Origin: Marsupella aquatica
Lineage: Eukaryota > Plantae > Marchantiophyta
DNA: 64,000 bases
Assembly (NCBI GenBank): GCA_973895155.1
Contig: OZ316894.1
Coordinates: 6,472,234 to 6,536,233, forward strand
Direction of reading: 5' to 3'
Shown here: positions 48,349 to 63,340 of the stretch, one piece after another
Position numbering within the stretch: position 1 is the stretch's first letter
How the letters are laid out: the number at the start of each line of letters is the position of its first letter
Position numbers and translations under genes: made by a program
Notes under the pieces: generated by a model
What the model was told of the DNA's origin: nothing
The model's input: only the letters and a program-made list of their open reading frames with translations
The model's database searches: none

Positions 48349-48552
48349 GGCACTTAAAGCTATAACTATATCAAGGGCACTCAAGCTAGAACTATATAAT
48401 CCCAATCAATAAATTAAGGCACTCCAGCTAGAACTGTACGATAGCAACGAAACTCAAACTAGAACTATATAATCCCAATCAATAAGATAAGGCACTCCAG
48501 CTAGAACTGTACAATTGCAACCGATAGCAAGGCACTCAAGCTAGAACTACTG
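48349..48552. repeat. Short tandem array with core GCACTC(A/C)AGCTAGAACT, ~6 copies with alternating spacers
   Basis: The core is followed alternately by ATATAATCCCAATCAATAA and GTAC..(GA)TAGCAA. Confidence 0.85.
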
Positions 48553-49623
48553 TATATAGTAGCAATCGACAGTTAAATATTAGAGCCTACTATCTACAGT
48601 GAAGCCTCAGGAAAAAAAAAAAGGGATTGGGGGCAAGTCCTTGATAAATAGGAACAGTAACGAATCCCAAGAGTAAGGTGGACGGTTTTTGGGCTGACCT
48701 CTATCTCCTTTCAAAGTATGCCAGTCACGCTTATTATATATATCTCTAACTTGTGTTCGTATAAAGCATGCACGTCATTCGCGAGCAAATCAGAGAAGCC
48801 CATAAAAATATTACCCAACCCTAACGGAAAACTCATCAAGGAGCTACACTATTGCATACCGACCCATTACGAAAACAATTCATTACCGCGCATCTTGTCG
48901 TATCCGCAGGCCATTAGTCTCAATTTACTGGCAGGAGCATCGAGAGGTCAAATAGTACTGAACTCATTGACTCAGTTCGTAGGGAATGTCAGTGGAGCTG
49001 CAAGCCAACGGTCTCTGTATTGGTGGAGAGAGAGAGGGAGAACATTACCAATTAGTTCTGGTATCTACAATGCTTAAATTGCAATATACCACTTTTCGGC
49101 TTACTGCTGCAGGGTTCCTTCTGGCTCAAGGGACCGTGCACAACGAGAACCATTTACTGTTTTAAACAACGTACTCTTGACCGTGTGGATGGACGCTGAA
49201 CTCTTAGCTTACCCTGATCAAGCTTTTTCAGTACTACAAGTGAGCAAACATGACCGAAGAGGGTACAACATCCCCCATGGATCGGACAAAGTCCAGGATC
49301 ATTGAGTTGGCAATTCAGCTTTCAATTTTCTCAGCTTTACTGTCCGATGTCCCAAAGGAACAATGGACTAAGAATCATGCATTTAAAATTTCCCTACTGG
49401 CTTTCCACAACTTTTGTAATACCCACGCCCCCTTCCACTTTTGATTCTCCGACTATCTGGTGTGCAACTAACAATTCAAGTGGCTTAAACGAACTTCTAT
49501 ACAACCCACCTCACGGTCCATTGGGACTCATGGGCTGCAACTTTGATGAAATCTCTCTACTTTGCACATCAACAATTCTATATAACACAGATGTGCGAAC
49601 TACCGAAACAAAATTGTACCCCT

Positions 49624-52600
49624 TCAAAGGGCTCTTTGCCTGCGTCGACGATCTAGAGGAGGTGAAGCGCGGCCGCCAGGTGTGTAAGGCTCATCATCAT
49701 CAAATCGTTCTACTGCATCTTCAGCATCTTCTAGCTCAGCCTTTCGAGCTCGCAATTCGTCGTCACAGAGCTCAAGAAGTGCTTCAGCTAGAGGTGGAAT
49801 GCCTGGATTCCGATTGTCATTATAATCATGTGCATTGACAACAATCTGCTCCACATCCATTCGAAAGTCATCTCGACATTTGTACAGCATCTTGCGAGCC
49901 TTCTCACGAATAGTTCCAAGGTCCATCGGCTTCTTGACGAAATTCAGATAGTCAGGAGCGTCTTTCTTTGCCACAGGTTTGACAAATAAGTAGGCCACTT
50001 TCGATTTAACCAAATTGCTGACAATTGCCTCAAACATGTTCGCAAGGTCAACCTGTGGATTATACGAGGAGATTGAAAGTCAACAAATTTTGCTGGCTCA
50101 CTGATACAGAGAAGAGAACTTTCAATGTAAGCAAAATATTTTGTAGAATATTACCTCGCCACCTCCTCTTGTGCGCTGTCTTTTAGGAGGATCTGCTGGT
50201 CGTTGAGCCCCAGTTGCAAGATCTGAGTGTACTCGCTTTTTAGCAGCTCGTCCTTTTTCTTTCATGTCAGCATTTGGTTGTCTAATCACATCCCTTCCCC
50301 CCCTAAACTCTTTTCCATGCACAAGAGGCTGCACTTTTTCCTGGACTTTCAGCTTCTCTCCTTGTCGCTTTTTCTCTCTCATATTCTCATCTTTCTGTTG
50401 CTGCGATATTCTTTCCTGCTCCTCCTGCTCCTTCCTTACCCTTTCCTTCTTGAACGCCTCATCTCTCAACGCCTTTTGCTTTGCCTTTAGCCTTTTATCC
50501 CTCTCTCTTCTCTCGTGCTCCAACCTCTCCATTTCCAACCTTTCCATTTCCAACCTTTCATTTTCCAACCTCTGTTGCTCCGCCCTTTCCTGCGCTAACC
50601 TTGCTTCCTCTTCTCTCTCCGCCCTTTCTTGTCTCATCCTTTCTTCCTTCATAAGCCTTTCTGCTTCTACCTTTATCCTCTCCGCCCTGTCCTTTTCGTC
50701 TCTAATTCTCTGCTTCTTCTTCTCCCTTAACTCTTTCATTCGCTGCGCCTCAATCCTCTCCTGCTCCTCTTTATCCTTTCTTGCTTTCTCTTTCAGCAGC
50801 TTTTCCAGATGGTCCTTGTCTCTCTGTCTTTCCAGTTCTCTTTCTCTCCTTTTCTGTTCCCTCATCTTTTTGGACCTTTCTCTCTCTTCCACTTCCTTTT
50901 CCTTCTGATCCCTTTCTATCTGTTCCCTTTCCCTTTCCCGTTCCATCTGTTCCCTTTCCCATTCCCTTTCCATTTCTTCCCTTTCCTTCTCCTTAATCCG
51001 CCTCTCTTTCTCCTCCATGGCCCTTTGCTTCTCTACTCTCTTTCTTTCTCTTTCAGCTTGAATCTGAACGTCCCTATCTTTGTCACTTCTCTGCCCTCCT
51101 CTTGATTGATCTTTAGAACCGCCCATCTTCTTGTGCACCTGCTGTTTCGAGGGAAGATTTTCCTTCAACTTTTTCTTTTGGTGCTTCTTTGGAACTTTTG
51201 ATTTACTTCCTTTCAAGGCAGGTGATGATGTTAGTCCTTCTGCAAACTTCAGGTCACTTCCAACAAGTAAAGGCTTCACCTTAACTCCAGCCTTCTTTGG
51301 TCCCGAAGCAGAGCTATTTTTCTCTAGTCTACTTCCACTGCCTCCCAAGCTTGCATCATTGACATCTGTCATGGGCTGGATCTTAATCTTCAAAGATGGA
51401 ATTTTTACAGGTTTTGTGACCGTGCTCACAGGGTTGCTGGGGGGCAATTTAGGGGAATCCGATGGTTTGTTAAGCTGAAGCTCCTCAATCTTCTTCTTCT
51501 TGATTGTTATTTTGGTACCCTGTCGCTCGAGCAATCCTTCAGCAGCAGCGCTATCATGGCGCTGCAAATTTCCTTCTGCATCTTCCTTGTAGAGTGGACA
51601 TTTTTTGTTCGTTCGCATATGTCCAAGCTGAATCATACAAAAACAACTTTAGTGCCAGGTCGAAGTACTTCAAATGATCCTACGCTGTCTGTAACTCCAG
51701 ATACCAAAGTTGGTAATGGTTGGTGTAGAAAGGAGACGGTCAGGGCCTCTGCATGATAGCACAAGAAGACCGGCGCAGCAAAAGAACCTTGATTATGGCT
51801 ACCACGAAATGAAAAAATTTCAGTATATTACCTGGCCGCATGCACCACACACAACCCGCAAACCATCCCTGCTAGGCTTTTCTTTCCCACTACCCTCTTT
51901 GGGAACCTTCTTCAGAGCAGTCTGTCAATACGCAAAAACAAGTCGTTTGTACACGGGCCCAAGTAATGCAAGCAAACAAAAAACTCCCCAATGCCTTTGA
52001 ACCTTACAATCGTAACTGCCAAAATTAGAGCCTGCAGACTCTCCGTATTAGAGTCAGTAAAACCGTTACGTCAATGGGAAGGTAAGGCTTCAAAAGTAGC
52101 TCCAGATTAACTGCACTAAGGAGCTGGATTCGGACAAAATCAGAGTTAGCGCTAGGGTAGTGAAGGTCGAAATGTAGAGACCTAAAAGTCGTACTTGCTA
52201 TGATTAGAAAACTGATGATACGATGATGACACAAGTAACTCGGCTATTAAAACCTTCTACTATTTTATCGCTCACGAGTGTCGCCATTTTATTTAGCAGG
52301 GATCCATCAGAAAACTATCACTAAGAAAGCCTTTGCCTTCAAAATCGTCACTAAAGCCAAATTCCAAAGCTACTGGGAAAGAATCCCAGAGTATTGATAT
52401 ACTTCCATACACACTGAATAACCAAAATACGGTACCTTTGGTTTGGTGACTTCTTTGGCTACTGGAATCTTTTTCTCCTTCTTTGGCTTTGCAGTTCCCT
52501 TCTTAGGTGGGTCCTTCTTGTCTCCTGGTGTCTTCAGTCCAGCAACTTTCAAGGACGACTTTTTTGCCAGATAGGCTGCGACCTGAAAACAACAATTATC

Positions 52601-55600
52601 AGCCATTAGCCTTCCATAGTGCAAATCGTTACCAGACATGCATTGACAAGAAAACACATAACGGTTCACTGGAAGTCATCCCTAACAATTGTAACATGAA
52701 AAGCCTCCAAAACTCCAAAGGTCTGACTTCAAGTTCAGGCTTGCAGGCGAGGCTCATTATGCTCTTCATCTAGAGATCCAGAAATCAACGAGGAGTTTTG
52801 CAAGGACAAGTCTCGGAACGGAATCACTCGAGACAATTGAGCATATTACTCCAGCCGAGGGAACTAAGGACAATACAGAAAGATACTGCTGGTGCCAAGG
52901 CACAGTATCAGCCTCTGCCCACGATAAAGTTCTCTTATAGATTAATTACCTCCTTTGGATCGGTAATAATGATCTCCCTTGAGGTAAAGGTACCATCAGC
53001 TTTTTTGGTGCGAATAATTCTCTTCAGAATTCTCTTTTTCGTCTTCTTCGCAGTCGAAGTTGATCCACCGGCAACAATGCCATTTTGTTCCTTGCCTTGG
53101 ACAACTTTCTTTTCTTTGCTTGGATTGCCACTTTTCTTCTTCTTCTGCTCCTCTTCAGCTTCATCATCTGCATCAGAATACAAGATCAACAGTTGCTAAA
53201 ATAAATGGCCAATGAAGAAATGCAACGAGATGTTAGCTTTCCCCACTTTCACGAAAAGTGCAAAGTGATCCTGGTAGAATCCAATTAATGTGAAAGTGGA
53301 GTGTAGGTTTGCCATCCCTATGGATCATCCTTTTCGGAGCAGAGAGCAACCTTGCGGCTGCGGCTTTACAACCAGCAGTAGAGACATATTGGCCACGATG
53401 AGCAACAACTACAGGTCGAAATTTAAACCAAAGACGACCAGGTGTGAAAGTCACAGGACCTAGACCACATTAGGAATACGAACTTTTAAGAGCATAAATC
53501 GTCAACAAGTCTCCTAGGTGGAAAAGTACACTCAACCTCTGGTCTAATAAGAACATAAGGTCTCACCTTCCAGGAGCATGCGGCGTAGCTCAGCAGCCTC
53601 AGCCTCTTCATCTTCCATCTCTTCCTCTTTCTGGGCTTGTAATGCCCTTCGGCGAGCTCCAAGTCCTCTCATGCCCTCTCTTCTTCCCTTTCTCTCGTCT
53701 CCTTCTTCACCTTCCTCTGCCTCCAAAAGATTTTCAAGGTCTCCGGCAAATGAGTCCAAATCACCATTAGCTTCACCGTCAGACTCTGAGTCGTCTCCCT
53801 CTGCAGCAGCAAGACTTTGAACCTGACGATCCCATATTTCCTGGCACTTCTCACGTGTTTGCTGCTGTAATTGCAAAAATGACATTCTTTGCCCCCGGGC
53901 AAACTTATTGAGGGCAGCAACACCAACTTTTCCTAATGAAGCTGCCTGTTCACTTGAAAGCTTCCGTACCAGTGCAATTCTGTGCCATCGTGTAAGCTTC
54001 TCAATTTGTGCTTCAGAGACCTTAAATTTCAGCAACACCTGAGAAAAATTCGCAACCGGATCAGCAGTTTCGCAAGGTGAAAACTGTCTCAGTAGTACAG
54101 CAAGCTTACTTTAATCGCCTTGTCGGAGAATAGGATCATTTTCATAGAGTTCTGCTGGTGGCCTAGACGGTAGAGCTCTTCTATTTAAGGTCAATCCACA
54201 GCAGGCTTTTAAGATTACGAAAATTTCCAATGTTCGAGTTATAATACAGAATCTAACAGGAACATCAAAGCAACCCTACGACGTATGCAGTAGGACCTCA
54301 AGTTGAAGATATTCACCTCTCTAGCAGCATCCATGCTAAGTCGTCGCAGATCAGCATCTGTACCAGTCACTGCTCCCCCACCCCGTGCAACAGCTGCTTT
54401 TTTCTCTACTATGGCACCCACATTAGGAGGTTTCGTAGCAACCCGTAAATAGCTAAATCCTAAACCCCGGCCCGATGGATCGCCTGCACCAGTAATCTCT
54501 AAACGCTCCAAGCTTCCACGTCCCTGCTCAATCAAAGGATATCATTAATATAAACGGTCAACCTCAGACCCAGACAGCACACGCATGGACAAGTTATGTG
54601 CAAAGATTGAGAATGTGTATCGATCTACAGGTGAACCCAATGAGCTCTCTGAGACATCATCACGGAGCACATTAATATTATCTACCTTCAAGAAACAGCA
54701 CATCAAAAAAGTCATTAAAACGTACGACATCAATGCCACATTCATAATCATTCATCGTTGGCTTTTGGATGATATCACGTAGTTTCCAAGCAACACAGCA
54801 GAGGTAGGAAATGCCGCAAAATTTCTCGGTCAAAGGTAATGCAAAGTGAGCCTACCTGTAGAGTAGCAGAGACGAAGTTAGAGCTGAGGTTCCAAGGTGT
54901 GATCTGCAATTCTCGTTCGATATGAGAAGCAGCTGCGAGGGTGATAGCTTCATCAGGAAGCATGTTCATGGCACTACTTAGGTTAGATGACTGAGTTAGC
55001 TTTTGTACTCCCATACGCTTCAAATGATGGAGCCCTGCTTGCATGCTCTCATAAGTGCACACCATTTCGGGAGTGACCATCCGTCGCAACTCTTCTTCTG
55101 AAGGAATGCGAAAGTTGTTCCTCATCACCCACCACATTTCTCCTCCTGACCCTTTCTGCTCAGGACAAGAGCTCAACCCCAATTATTAGCACTCCACTTC
55201 AAGGGCAGATAGGTGGAATCTGTGCGGTCTTATTGTGTATGAGGAGAAAGCAAAAACATAGGAAGTTGGACTTAAACCATCTCTTAAACTCTTTGCTAAA
55301 AATATGTGACAAACACTCAAAAAGCAGATGAGAAATAGGCCAATAGATTCACAATCACATGAAAGTTTTGACAGGCTTTTTCCCTGCTCGTAAGGCCACT
55401 TAGAACCATTACGGACACATTCAGAGAAGAGCTTCCGCCAATTTCGTGATACTACCCTCACAGTATCTGGGTTAGACGAGACTTACGATCCACCTGACCG
55501 ACACTCTGGCACTAAATTAGATCTGTCAATAAGATGCATTTGAATTCACACATCTCTTGCCTACAATGATACAAAAATGACGTTCAAATTCGCACCTGCA

Positions 55601-58600
55601 GATCAGCACAGTGCTTCAGTCTTTTACGTATAAAACCTTCTGTAAGAGAAGGAAACTGGGCGATCAATTCATCTCCTCGAACTCGGGCTACTGATGTAGG
55701 TTTCTCATTGTTACGAAACTCGCGATACACATAGACAAGCAAGCGTGCACCAATATAGTTTTGAACTGTCTTTGAAGTTGGAGTGAGAACTTCAAGATGG
55801 GGCTCCTGCATCAAAATATAAAAATAAATTGAAGCTTTAATGCTTCAGGCAACTAGACCCAAACTGGAAGCCAAGTGAATTCTGACCACAAGATTTACCC
55901 TGAGATCTATCGAAGTTCATTACTCGATACTAACCACGCCCAGATAATGAGTGTGGATTAACAAACGAGAGTCAAAGTTGAAGAGAGACCAACCTGCTGG
56001 CCCACGACGTGTAAGCTATCAATGCGCCGCAGCGAAAGCTTTCCTTTAGCAGATCGAACAAGAAGGAAATCAGTATACGCAACTTTGTGCCCAAATGCTG
56101 GGGATCGATACATGTTTGTCTCAAGGCTAGACACAGTGTCACTGGGTCGAATATCCCCAAGAAAGGGTGAATCTTCTGTTGGCTCCAACGGTAGAGGAAT
56201 GCCCACCCATGAACCCCTCTCATTGCGTAATGTAACTGCAGTGCTGTCCGTAGGCGTAAGCTTGCGATAATAAGTTGACAGCCGTGCTCCCATTCCGACA
56301 TTACTGAGCAACAAAGGCCGTTCTTCACAGTATCTGTAGACAAAAGCGGTTGTCAGACGGAAACCAGAGCACCAACATATTCAAAACTAGAGCCCTTGAA
56401 TAAAAACCGGCAATCAATACACTCCAAAAAAACTCGCTCACTAAAAATGCGTACAACGAAACTGCAGGCAATGAGTGGCAACGATGTGACCAGGACTATA
56501 GATAAAAACGGAAAGGGCTGCAATAGCAATAGAACGCAGAATACGAAGACTTACTCCATCAAAGCAACATGGCCATCTTTCACAGACAGCTCGGATTTCT
56601 TCTTGAATGCTCCCGGGGGTCTCATTGGTTTGTTTTCACCTGGCAGTCTTTGAGCTTTGGGCCAAGGATAGACTCTTGTGCGCACAAGATGTAAAACAGA
56701 GTTTGGTGGCACCTGTTGCTCTGCAAACGTGGAACCTTCTTGGAGCTCCTTGCCAGAGTAGAGAACTTTAGATTTCTCTGAAGCCTTCAAATCTGCCCAG
56801 CATACGTGCATCAGTATTTAGTACCAAAACCCAAATTTTCACGCATGTTTGGCAGAAGTCCACTGGCACTCATTGAATGTCAGCATAAACCATCAATGCC
56901 TCCGATCATAAATTGCAAATTACTGCTAAAGATGATGATAATGATGATGATGAAGCCAAAGAATCATATTTGGGGTAAGAAAATTATTTCTTTAACAACT
57001 ACGCATACAGACATCAGTTTCGAGTCACAGAAAACGAACTGAGGGTTACAGGAAAGCATTGACTCTATTAACATGGAGCAGTTCTAGCAGTTTAAGTATG
57101 TATGACTACAATCGAAAGCATGTAACGCTGACTCAAGACATTACCTCCCAGCTTTTTAGCAGCCTTGACCTTGAGAACCGCAACTGTCTCAGATGCATCA
57201 ACGTAAAGTTTGCTACCCTTTCCACCCAAAGTCTTCAAGATGACTTTCATAGGACCTTTGACTGCAAGTTTTCCCTGTTCTTTGGCAGCTACTTCATTGT
57301 GGTGAGGATACCATACTGCTTTTGGGCGATGAAAATTTGCAAGATCCTTACTGCAAACCACATGACAACATACATGAAATAACAACAAATGAAAACTGAG
57401 CACGAGAGCAAATCAGACGAAAGAAAGCATGACTGGGCCACCAGATACACTTATATACCAGATATATTTATATACAATGTCATCATGGGCAGGTCAGAGA
57501 TGGCCGTCCTTACTTTGTGAGTTTTGGCTTCATTGTTTGTAGCTTGATTGCAGGTAGTGAATGCATCACTTTGACACCATGCACTGCCCGCTTCTTTGCA
57601 TGTGACTTCTGGTGATGCTGAGTCTTCTTATTGGTGTAGTACTTGTCATTAGAAATATTAAATCGAGCTATAGAGGATGTAGAAGGTACGACAACCTCTG
57701 TGCCGTCCCCACCGGTGTCTTTACCCCCTGAGGATGAAAGAACTACAGCTGCTGCATGAACACGTAACTGCTGTCCCCGTTTGTTGTTTGGAATTTCAAA
57801 CACCATATTGTGATCCTGAAGATCATAGATTATTTTTGGTGTTTCGCTTTCCCCGCCACCTGCTGGGCTCCCTGAATCCCATAAGATTCTATCCAGCCAC
57901 GATCCAGATGCTATCTCTTTATTCCTCTGACTGCAGGTTACACTCAACTTGCTCAAGCGGTCTCCAAGCTCAAAAGCTCCGAGCTCTCCTTTCCCTCCCT
58001 GGTCATTTGATGCAGGAGGACGAGCAACGGACTCCAATCTCAGCATTTGCGGATGCCTTGGTCTGAGAGAATCTTTTGTCGCTCCTTCGGAATCCAAAGA
58101 AGGCCGACTCAGAGGTTCAATCACTATAGTCCTACTATACTGCTGAGAAGTACCACTCTGCAGCCCCCCTACCTCATCCACATGTTTGCTAGGACGGCGC
58201 CGAGTGCTATTTTGCATGCCACTAGTGGAAACGATATCCTCTTCACTGTCAGAATCAACCTCAAAAGATATTTCTGAAAAGAGTTCCTCGCTTTGGATTT
58301 CTCCCCGTCTGCTTCTTTCCTGACCATCAAGATCCTCCCACACAATCTTGGCTTCCCATTCTTGCTGGTGAACGGCAACAAAGTTAGCATCTGGGATACC
58401 CTCTCTCCACTGTACAATCTCGTCACATTCGCCTGAAATACTCTTCATTTCTTGGGCAGTACAGAACTCTTTCCGGCCTTTGACCCTTGGTTTCTGTTCT
58501 CTTGCAGCAACGTGGTTTGAATCGGAAAGAACCTCATCGACAGCACTGCCTCCCTCTTCTTCCTCAATCTCATTCCTCTCATCATCGTCAATTTCAAGAT

Positions 58601-61600
58601 TTGACAAACCATCGTCTGGGAGGTGCCTGTAAGCACAAGATTTTAAAACCTCCTCTTCATCTTCCTCCAGAACTTCATTCTCATCGTCTGCTCTCCCAAA
58701 TTTATCTGCCCAATAAGTAAGGCATATCAGATATGTGAAATGGAAACTGCAGCATGATCGAGTATAGTGACAAATTCGGCAAAAAATGAACATGGCACTG
58801 AACAACCATTAATAAGACGTAGAAGCATGCCTATTCACATGCACATCAACCAAATACCAAACTCAACCAGAGCCATGACTGTCTTATGTTATTATGACTG
58901 GGACATGATCAACTATCATGAGAACAATTCTAGGCTAGCATAGTCCAAAGACTACGTATGCAACAAGATGAGAAAACCATTACAAATTTGTAACGACTAC
59001 GAAATTACCAAGTCAGGTATGGCAGTCATACTTTATTCAAACAACTAGCCTGGATCATTTTCATATGCCTTCCTTCGGGAGACCAAGGGGTAAAACAACC
59101 AACTCCTATGAAAACAAAGATCGGGAAGAAGTGTGGCCAGTGCACTATCTCTCTGCCACCGGTGGCAATCCCACAAAAGAATTAATACAAAGAACTACCT
59201 CTGAACGGGTGCCGCTTTGGTCGCCCTGCCCTTCCTCCCAGAACCCAATAAGGTTCTCGGACTCCAAAAAGTTCCGAAAACCGCAACACCTCTTTACCAT
59301 CCTCTTCACACAACACCGGCAGTTCAATCTTGATAGCATCTTGTTGATGCAACTTAGTGGAGGATGGTTCCTCCTGTAGGTAACAGTATGTGAGTACTTG
59401 CAAGGGCTTGTGTAGAAACCCACCCACTGCCCTGACATATAGTTCGATTACGTAAATATCAACCAAGTCACTCACTACATACGACGCGAGTTTGGAACAT
59501 CCTTCACTCTACAAAATTCTTGCATTGCACGATGCTTGTACAACGTGCAGTAGTTTGAAAACTTCCAACAAAACCCTGGGAAGGGCAAACCGAGAAAATC
59601 GACTATCCTAATGCTCTTCTCGCTTGACATCTACTTGGTTTCTTGCCCTCTGCTTTTTCAGAGGAGACCCAAAAAACGTTTACAACATCCTATAACCTTG
59701 TCACAAAATTCTAAGCACTTCTTCAATAACTCTGGGAAAAGTCTGAAATAATCCTAATGACGCAAAGCGTTTGTGATCTTACTTTCTGCTATTGAACAAA
59801 TCCCCAAGAGAGCAGTAGAATGAAGCTCATACCTGAGCAGGCTGCGCCTCAACATTTGCTTCTTTTACCCCTTCACTCGAGTCAACAGATTTAGGTACAT
59901 CCGGCACTGCTTCCTCCTCTGCAATAGGCTTGCTAACTGGCAAAGAAATACAAAGTGTTTCATTGAAAACGAAGGAACTGAAACCAACGACTATAGATAC
60001 ATACCGGCCAAGCCAGGGCAACAGTCCAAGGCCTATACGGGAATTCATAGCATTTGCGGACAAAGAACCTTGAAGAACCCAGACACTCAGAGGGTACTGC
60101 CACACTGACATAAGGAAAGGGTATAACGCGATGAAACCTAACTCTGTACCGCTGTTACGGGAATATTGATGCCTTTAAACTTCCACACAACAAAAAATCA
60201 TACCAGCTGTTGGCGATGAAGAGACATCTTCTGTGCTTATTTTGGGCTCCTCTTTCCCGACCTCATCATTCTCGTCCTCCTCATCATAATTGTCTTCTTC
60301 GGGAACAAAGGAGCCTGCCTTGCGGAAAGGCACAGCCAGTGCAGCTTGGGCATAGAATTGCTGATCCTGGACAGGGACTTGGACCTCCTCGCCTTCATAA
60401 TCCTCCTGTATGTCTTCATAATCAACTGCATTCTCTGCCTTCTTCGCGTAATCTAGACAGGAAAATTGAACCAATGAATGGATGAACTTTCCAGTCAAAG
60501 GCTCCTGAGACCATGATACAAAAAATACAATGTGGCAGTAGAGACTTACAATTTAAGAATTATAAAGTTTCTAACATCTCTGAGGATCAAAAGCGAGACT
60601 AAACCTTCATTGAGCTGTGGGTAGTACAGTACACTGGCTTGCTATTGCAAATCGACATAAAATTATCCAAGATTACACAATAAATAGATTTACTATATGC
60701 ATTAGTGTCGAGCAGGACAGCCTGAGACACATCATTACTCAAAACCACCGCCGACTGCGGGTTTAAATTCAGTTGCCCTCAGTAACCACACATAGGTTGC
60801 TCAAACGAAGATAGAGATAAAAGATGTGTCCCAAGAAATATCTGATTTCACTTTCACTGCCATCAGTGACCAAGCAACTCCTACTAAGCAAAACAGATAC
60901 AAGAAAACGTCCACTCGAATTTCCCTGCTGGATAGCATCTTTCGCAGTTTTTCTGTGACCTCAGAGATCTTTGCCAGTTTTAAGATCTCGATGTTTAGTT
61001 CAATCGTTACCTTCCTGCTCCACGTCTGCTTCAACACGGCTCCCAAGTCCTTTTCGTTTTGTAGAAAGCTGGACAGAGGACCACTACCTTGTTATAAAAG
61101 AATTCAAACTAATATGCAAACAGAGATTGAGAGGTCTTATTTAAAAATTACATCGAAGTGAACCACTCTCTTCATTTTCAGTGACAAACTTTCCTACGAC
61201 TACAGTGCATCCCAAAAATTTTCTGATTTAAAGATAACATCCCAAGCTATACAAATGATTAAAAGCTTCCTTGCTATGTTAAAAGAGAAAAACAAACCCC
61301 GTGGATCTATGCAACTCTTTGTTTTCACCAAGAAGATCCGCAATTTGGATTCCTATCAGCAACTCGAAAAAATAATTCCACCAAAGAGTATATCCCCACT
61401 GATAAGCAGGGGGGCCGAACCCTCAACTAACAAACGACAAGTTTAATAGTGTGCTTGAGAACTTTTGCATTCAAAATCTCTGACAAAAACGCGCAAATAA
61501 TTAAAAGCAATTGTCAACACGTACTTCAAGATCTACCAAAGATGGACCCAACTGATCGGCAAGTGCAGATAAATGCTCCTTCGCATCCTGGTAGTCAAGA

Positions 61601-63340
61601 ACCAAACTGAAATAAGTCAAAGTGGACAACGATCGCCAGAAACAAAGCAAGAATATATATTTAGTTGCATTAGCTAAGGGAGAACCGATCCTGCGATATG
61701 CACTGCTTTAACCCTACTTACTACTCTATACTCAAACGAAAGCAATTTTCCTCCTTTAGAAGCAACGTGTCTGTTACTTGTCCACACACAGCGATCCACT
61801 GATAAAACCCATTTCTAAGCTCCCAATATTGTTTAAACCAATTATAATATACTGACACTGGACAACCTACCGATCCTGAAATTTGCAGGACATCAGAAAA
61901 ACCCCGAGACACAGAATGGAGTAGAATAGCGTAGAGTGGAACGCAGTGGCATGGAGAGGAACGTAATTAAAGAAAAGCGAATTGAATTGCAAAGTCCACG
62001 GAGTCCGAATTTCGAAGACAGCAAAATCCACTAGTTGAATCAGCCTAAGGCCCGTCTTAGATCATATACTGCTCTGAGTCTGTAAGACTAAGTCCTTCCC
62101 AATCGGAAAACCTTAGCAGGATCGGCTCTGTTCTGTCTTGCGATCTTGTCACCGGTTGTAAATACAATCTTACCTCTACATTCAAATAAAACCATGCCCT
62201 AAACATGGCTCCTCTCTCTGCTCCTGCTACTCTAGCACAAATTTTGATCATCAAGTGGAAGTAATATTCGGGATACCTTTAACCTAAGTTAGTTTTGAAA
62301 GGAAGATGAAAAGTTTCTCTTTCGGCAGCGATACTCCATTCATTTTAGAGAGTACTTTCTGTGCTTCATATGCTTCTTCGTATCATTTGCCACAATCAGT
62401 GTATCACCATATATGAGGCGGAGAAATTGACAACTGCAAGAAAATGGTTGAAGCAGAATCGTTTGATCCTCTGAAAAACCTCAGCGAGAATATTGATCTA
62501 CCATCTGTCGATTACGAGCTACAGCCGGACTTGATGGAATACTTGTGCTTGGTCGATCTAGCAGCAGTCAGGCGTATAGTTTAAAGGCCAAAGGTGCCAT
62601 CCATTCCACTCCGGTGCAGTTGCACAGCAGAGTCAACATCTAAAATGTCCAATTACGGATGGCTGTTCTCTGATTTTTCACCCACATATTTTGCAAGATT
62701 TGGGTCAAATTGTAAATGACATTCAAGTAGTCGTATGCAACCCAAAGGCCGAAGCTGAAGCGACATGAGCGTAGCTTGCATACATCCACGCAAAAGGAGA
62801 CGGCGCCCTGGCTCCTATCGCGGTAATTTATGACTGGACTTAGCGTGCGATGCATGGAAGAGAGCAAGAGGCTGCACTGTGACCGCCACAAGATCCCAGA
62901 AAACCTCCGAGGGTTTCCAACGGTATAGTTTCATCGAACGAAACTTCCGTGGGGAAGAGATCGAAGCGGCTCGAATACAACCTTGCTATGAGAGACTAAG
63001 CATTATGAGTTTATTTGTGAGGCATGCAGACGCAAAAAGCATGCCTTCGGATGCGAAGATCGAGAAGTGGCTCGAAGATAAACCTTGCAATGGGGAATTT
63101 TGCATTATCGTTATCGTTCAATTTTGTAGTATGGAGAGGTGAAAATGCCCTTAGGGTACGAACCTGATCGAAGTATTCTTCATCCAGATCACCGGCATCA
63201 TCGACATTACCGAACATAAACCCCAGCATGCGCCCTTTTCCGCCTCCCTCTTCATTCTCCTCATCTTCCTCCTCGTTTTCCTCCTCCTCCGCATTCTCAT
63301 CGTCCATCCCTCCATATGCCGACGTTCTATAAGCGGCCAT
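49624..63340 (-). CDS. TAF1: TFIID subunit 1 (TAF1/HAF), ~19 exons
   Basis: Exon 1 (63340-63164) has RMLGFMFGNVDDAGDLD. DAKEHLSALADQLG is at 61587-61525, a small exon at 61068-61011, and KAENAVDYEDI at ~60450. The plant-type ubiquitin-like insert (MKVILKTLGGKGSKL) and HAT/DUF3591 region (EERPLLLSNVGMG, GAGDPSGRGLGFSY) follow. The zinc knuckle reads CGACGQLGHMRTNKKCP, then an E/R/K coiled coil and a single C-terminal bromodomain ending at TGA 49626-49624. Confidence 0.97.

Noticed and set aside
48349-48552. Repeat-spacer appearance resembling a CRISPR array
   Set aside because: The spacers are themselves repeated in alternation, the core is short and variable, there are no cas genes, and the context is eukaryotic. 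It is an ordinary tandem duplication.
50227-51478. Ser/Phe/Leu-rich plus-strand ORFs and 15-bp repeats
   Set aside because: They are antisense shadows of the TAF1 E/R/K coiled-coil exon (RLEME repeats).
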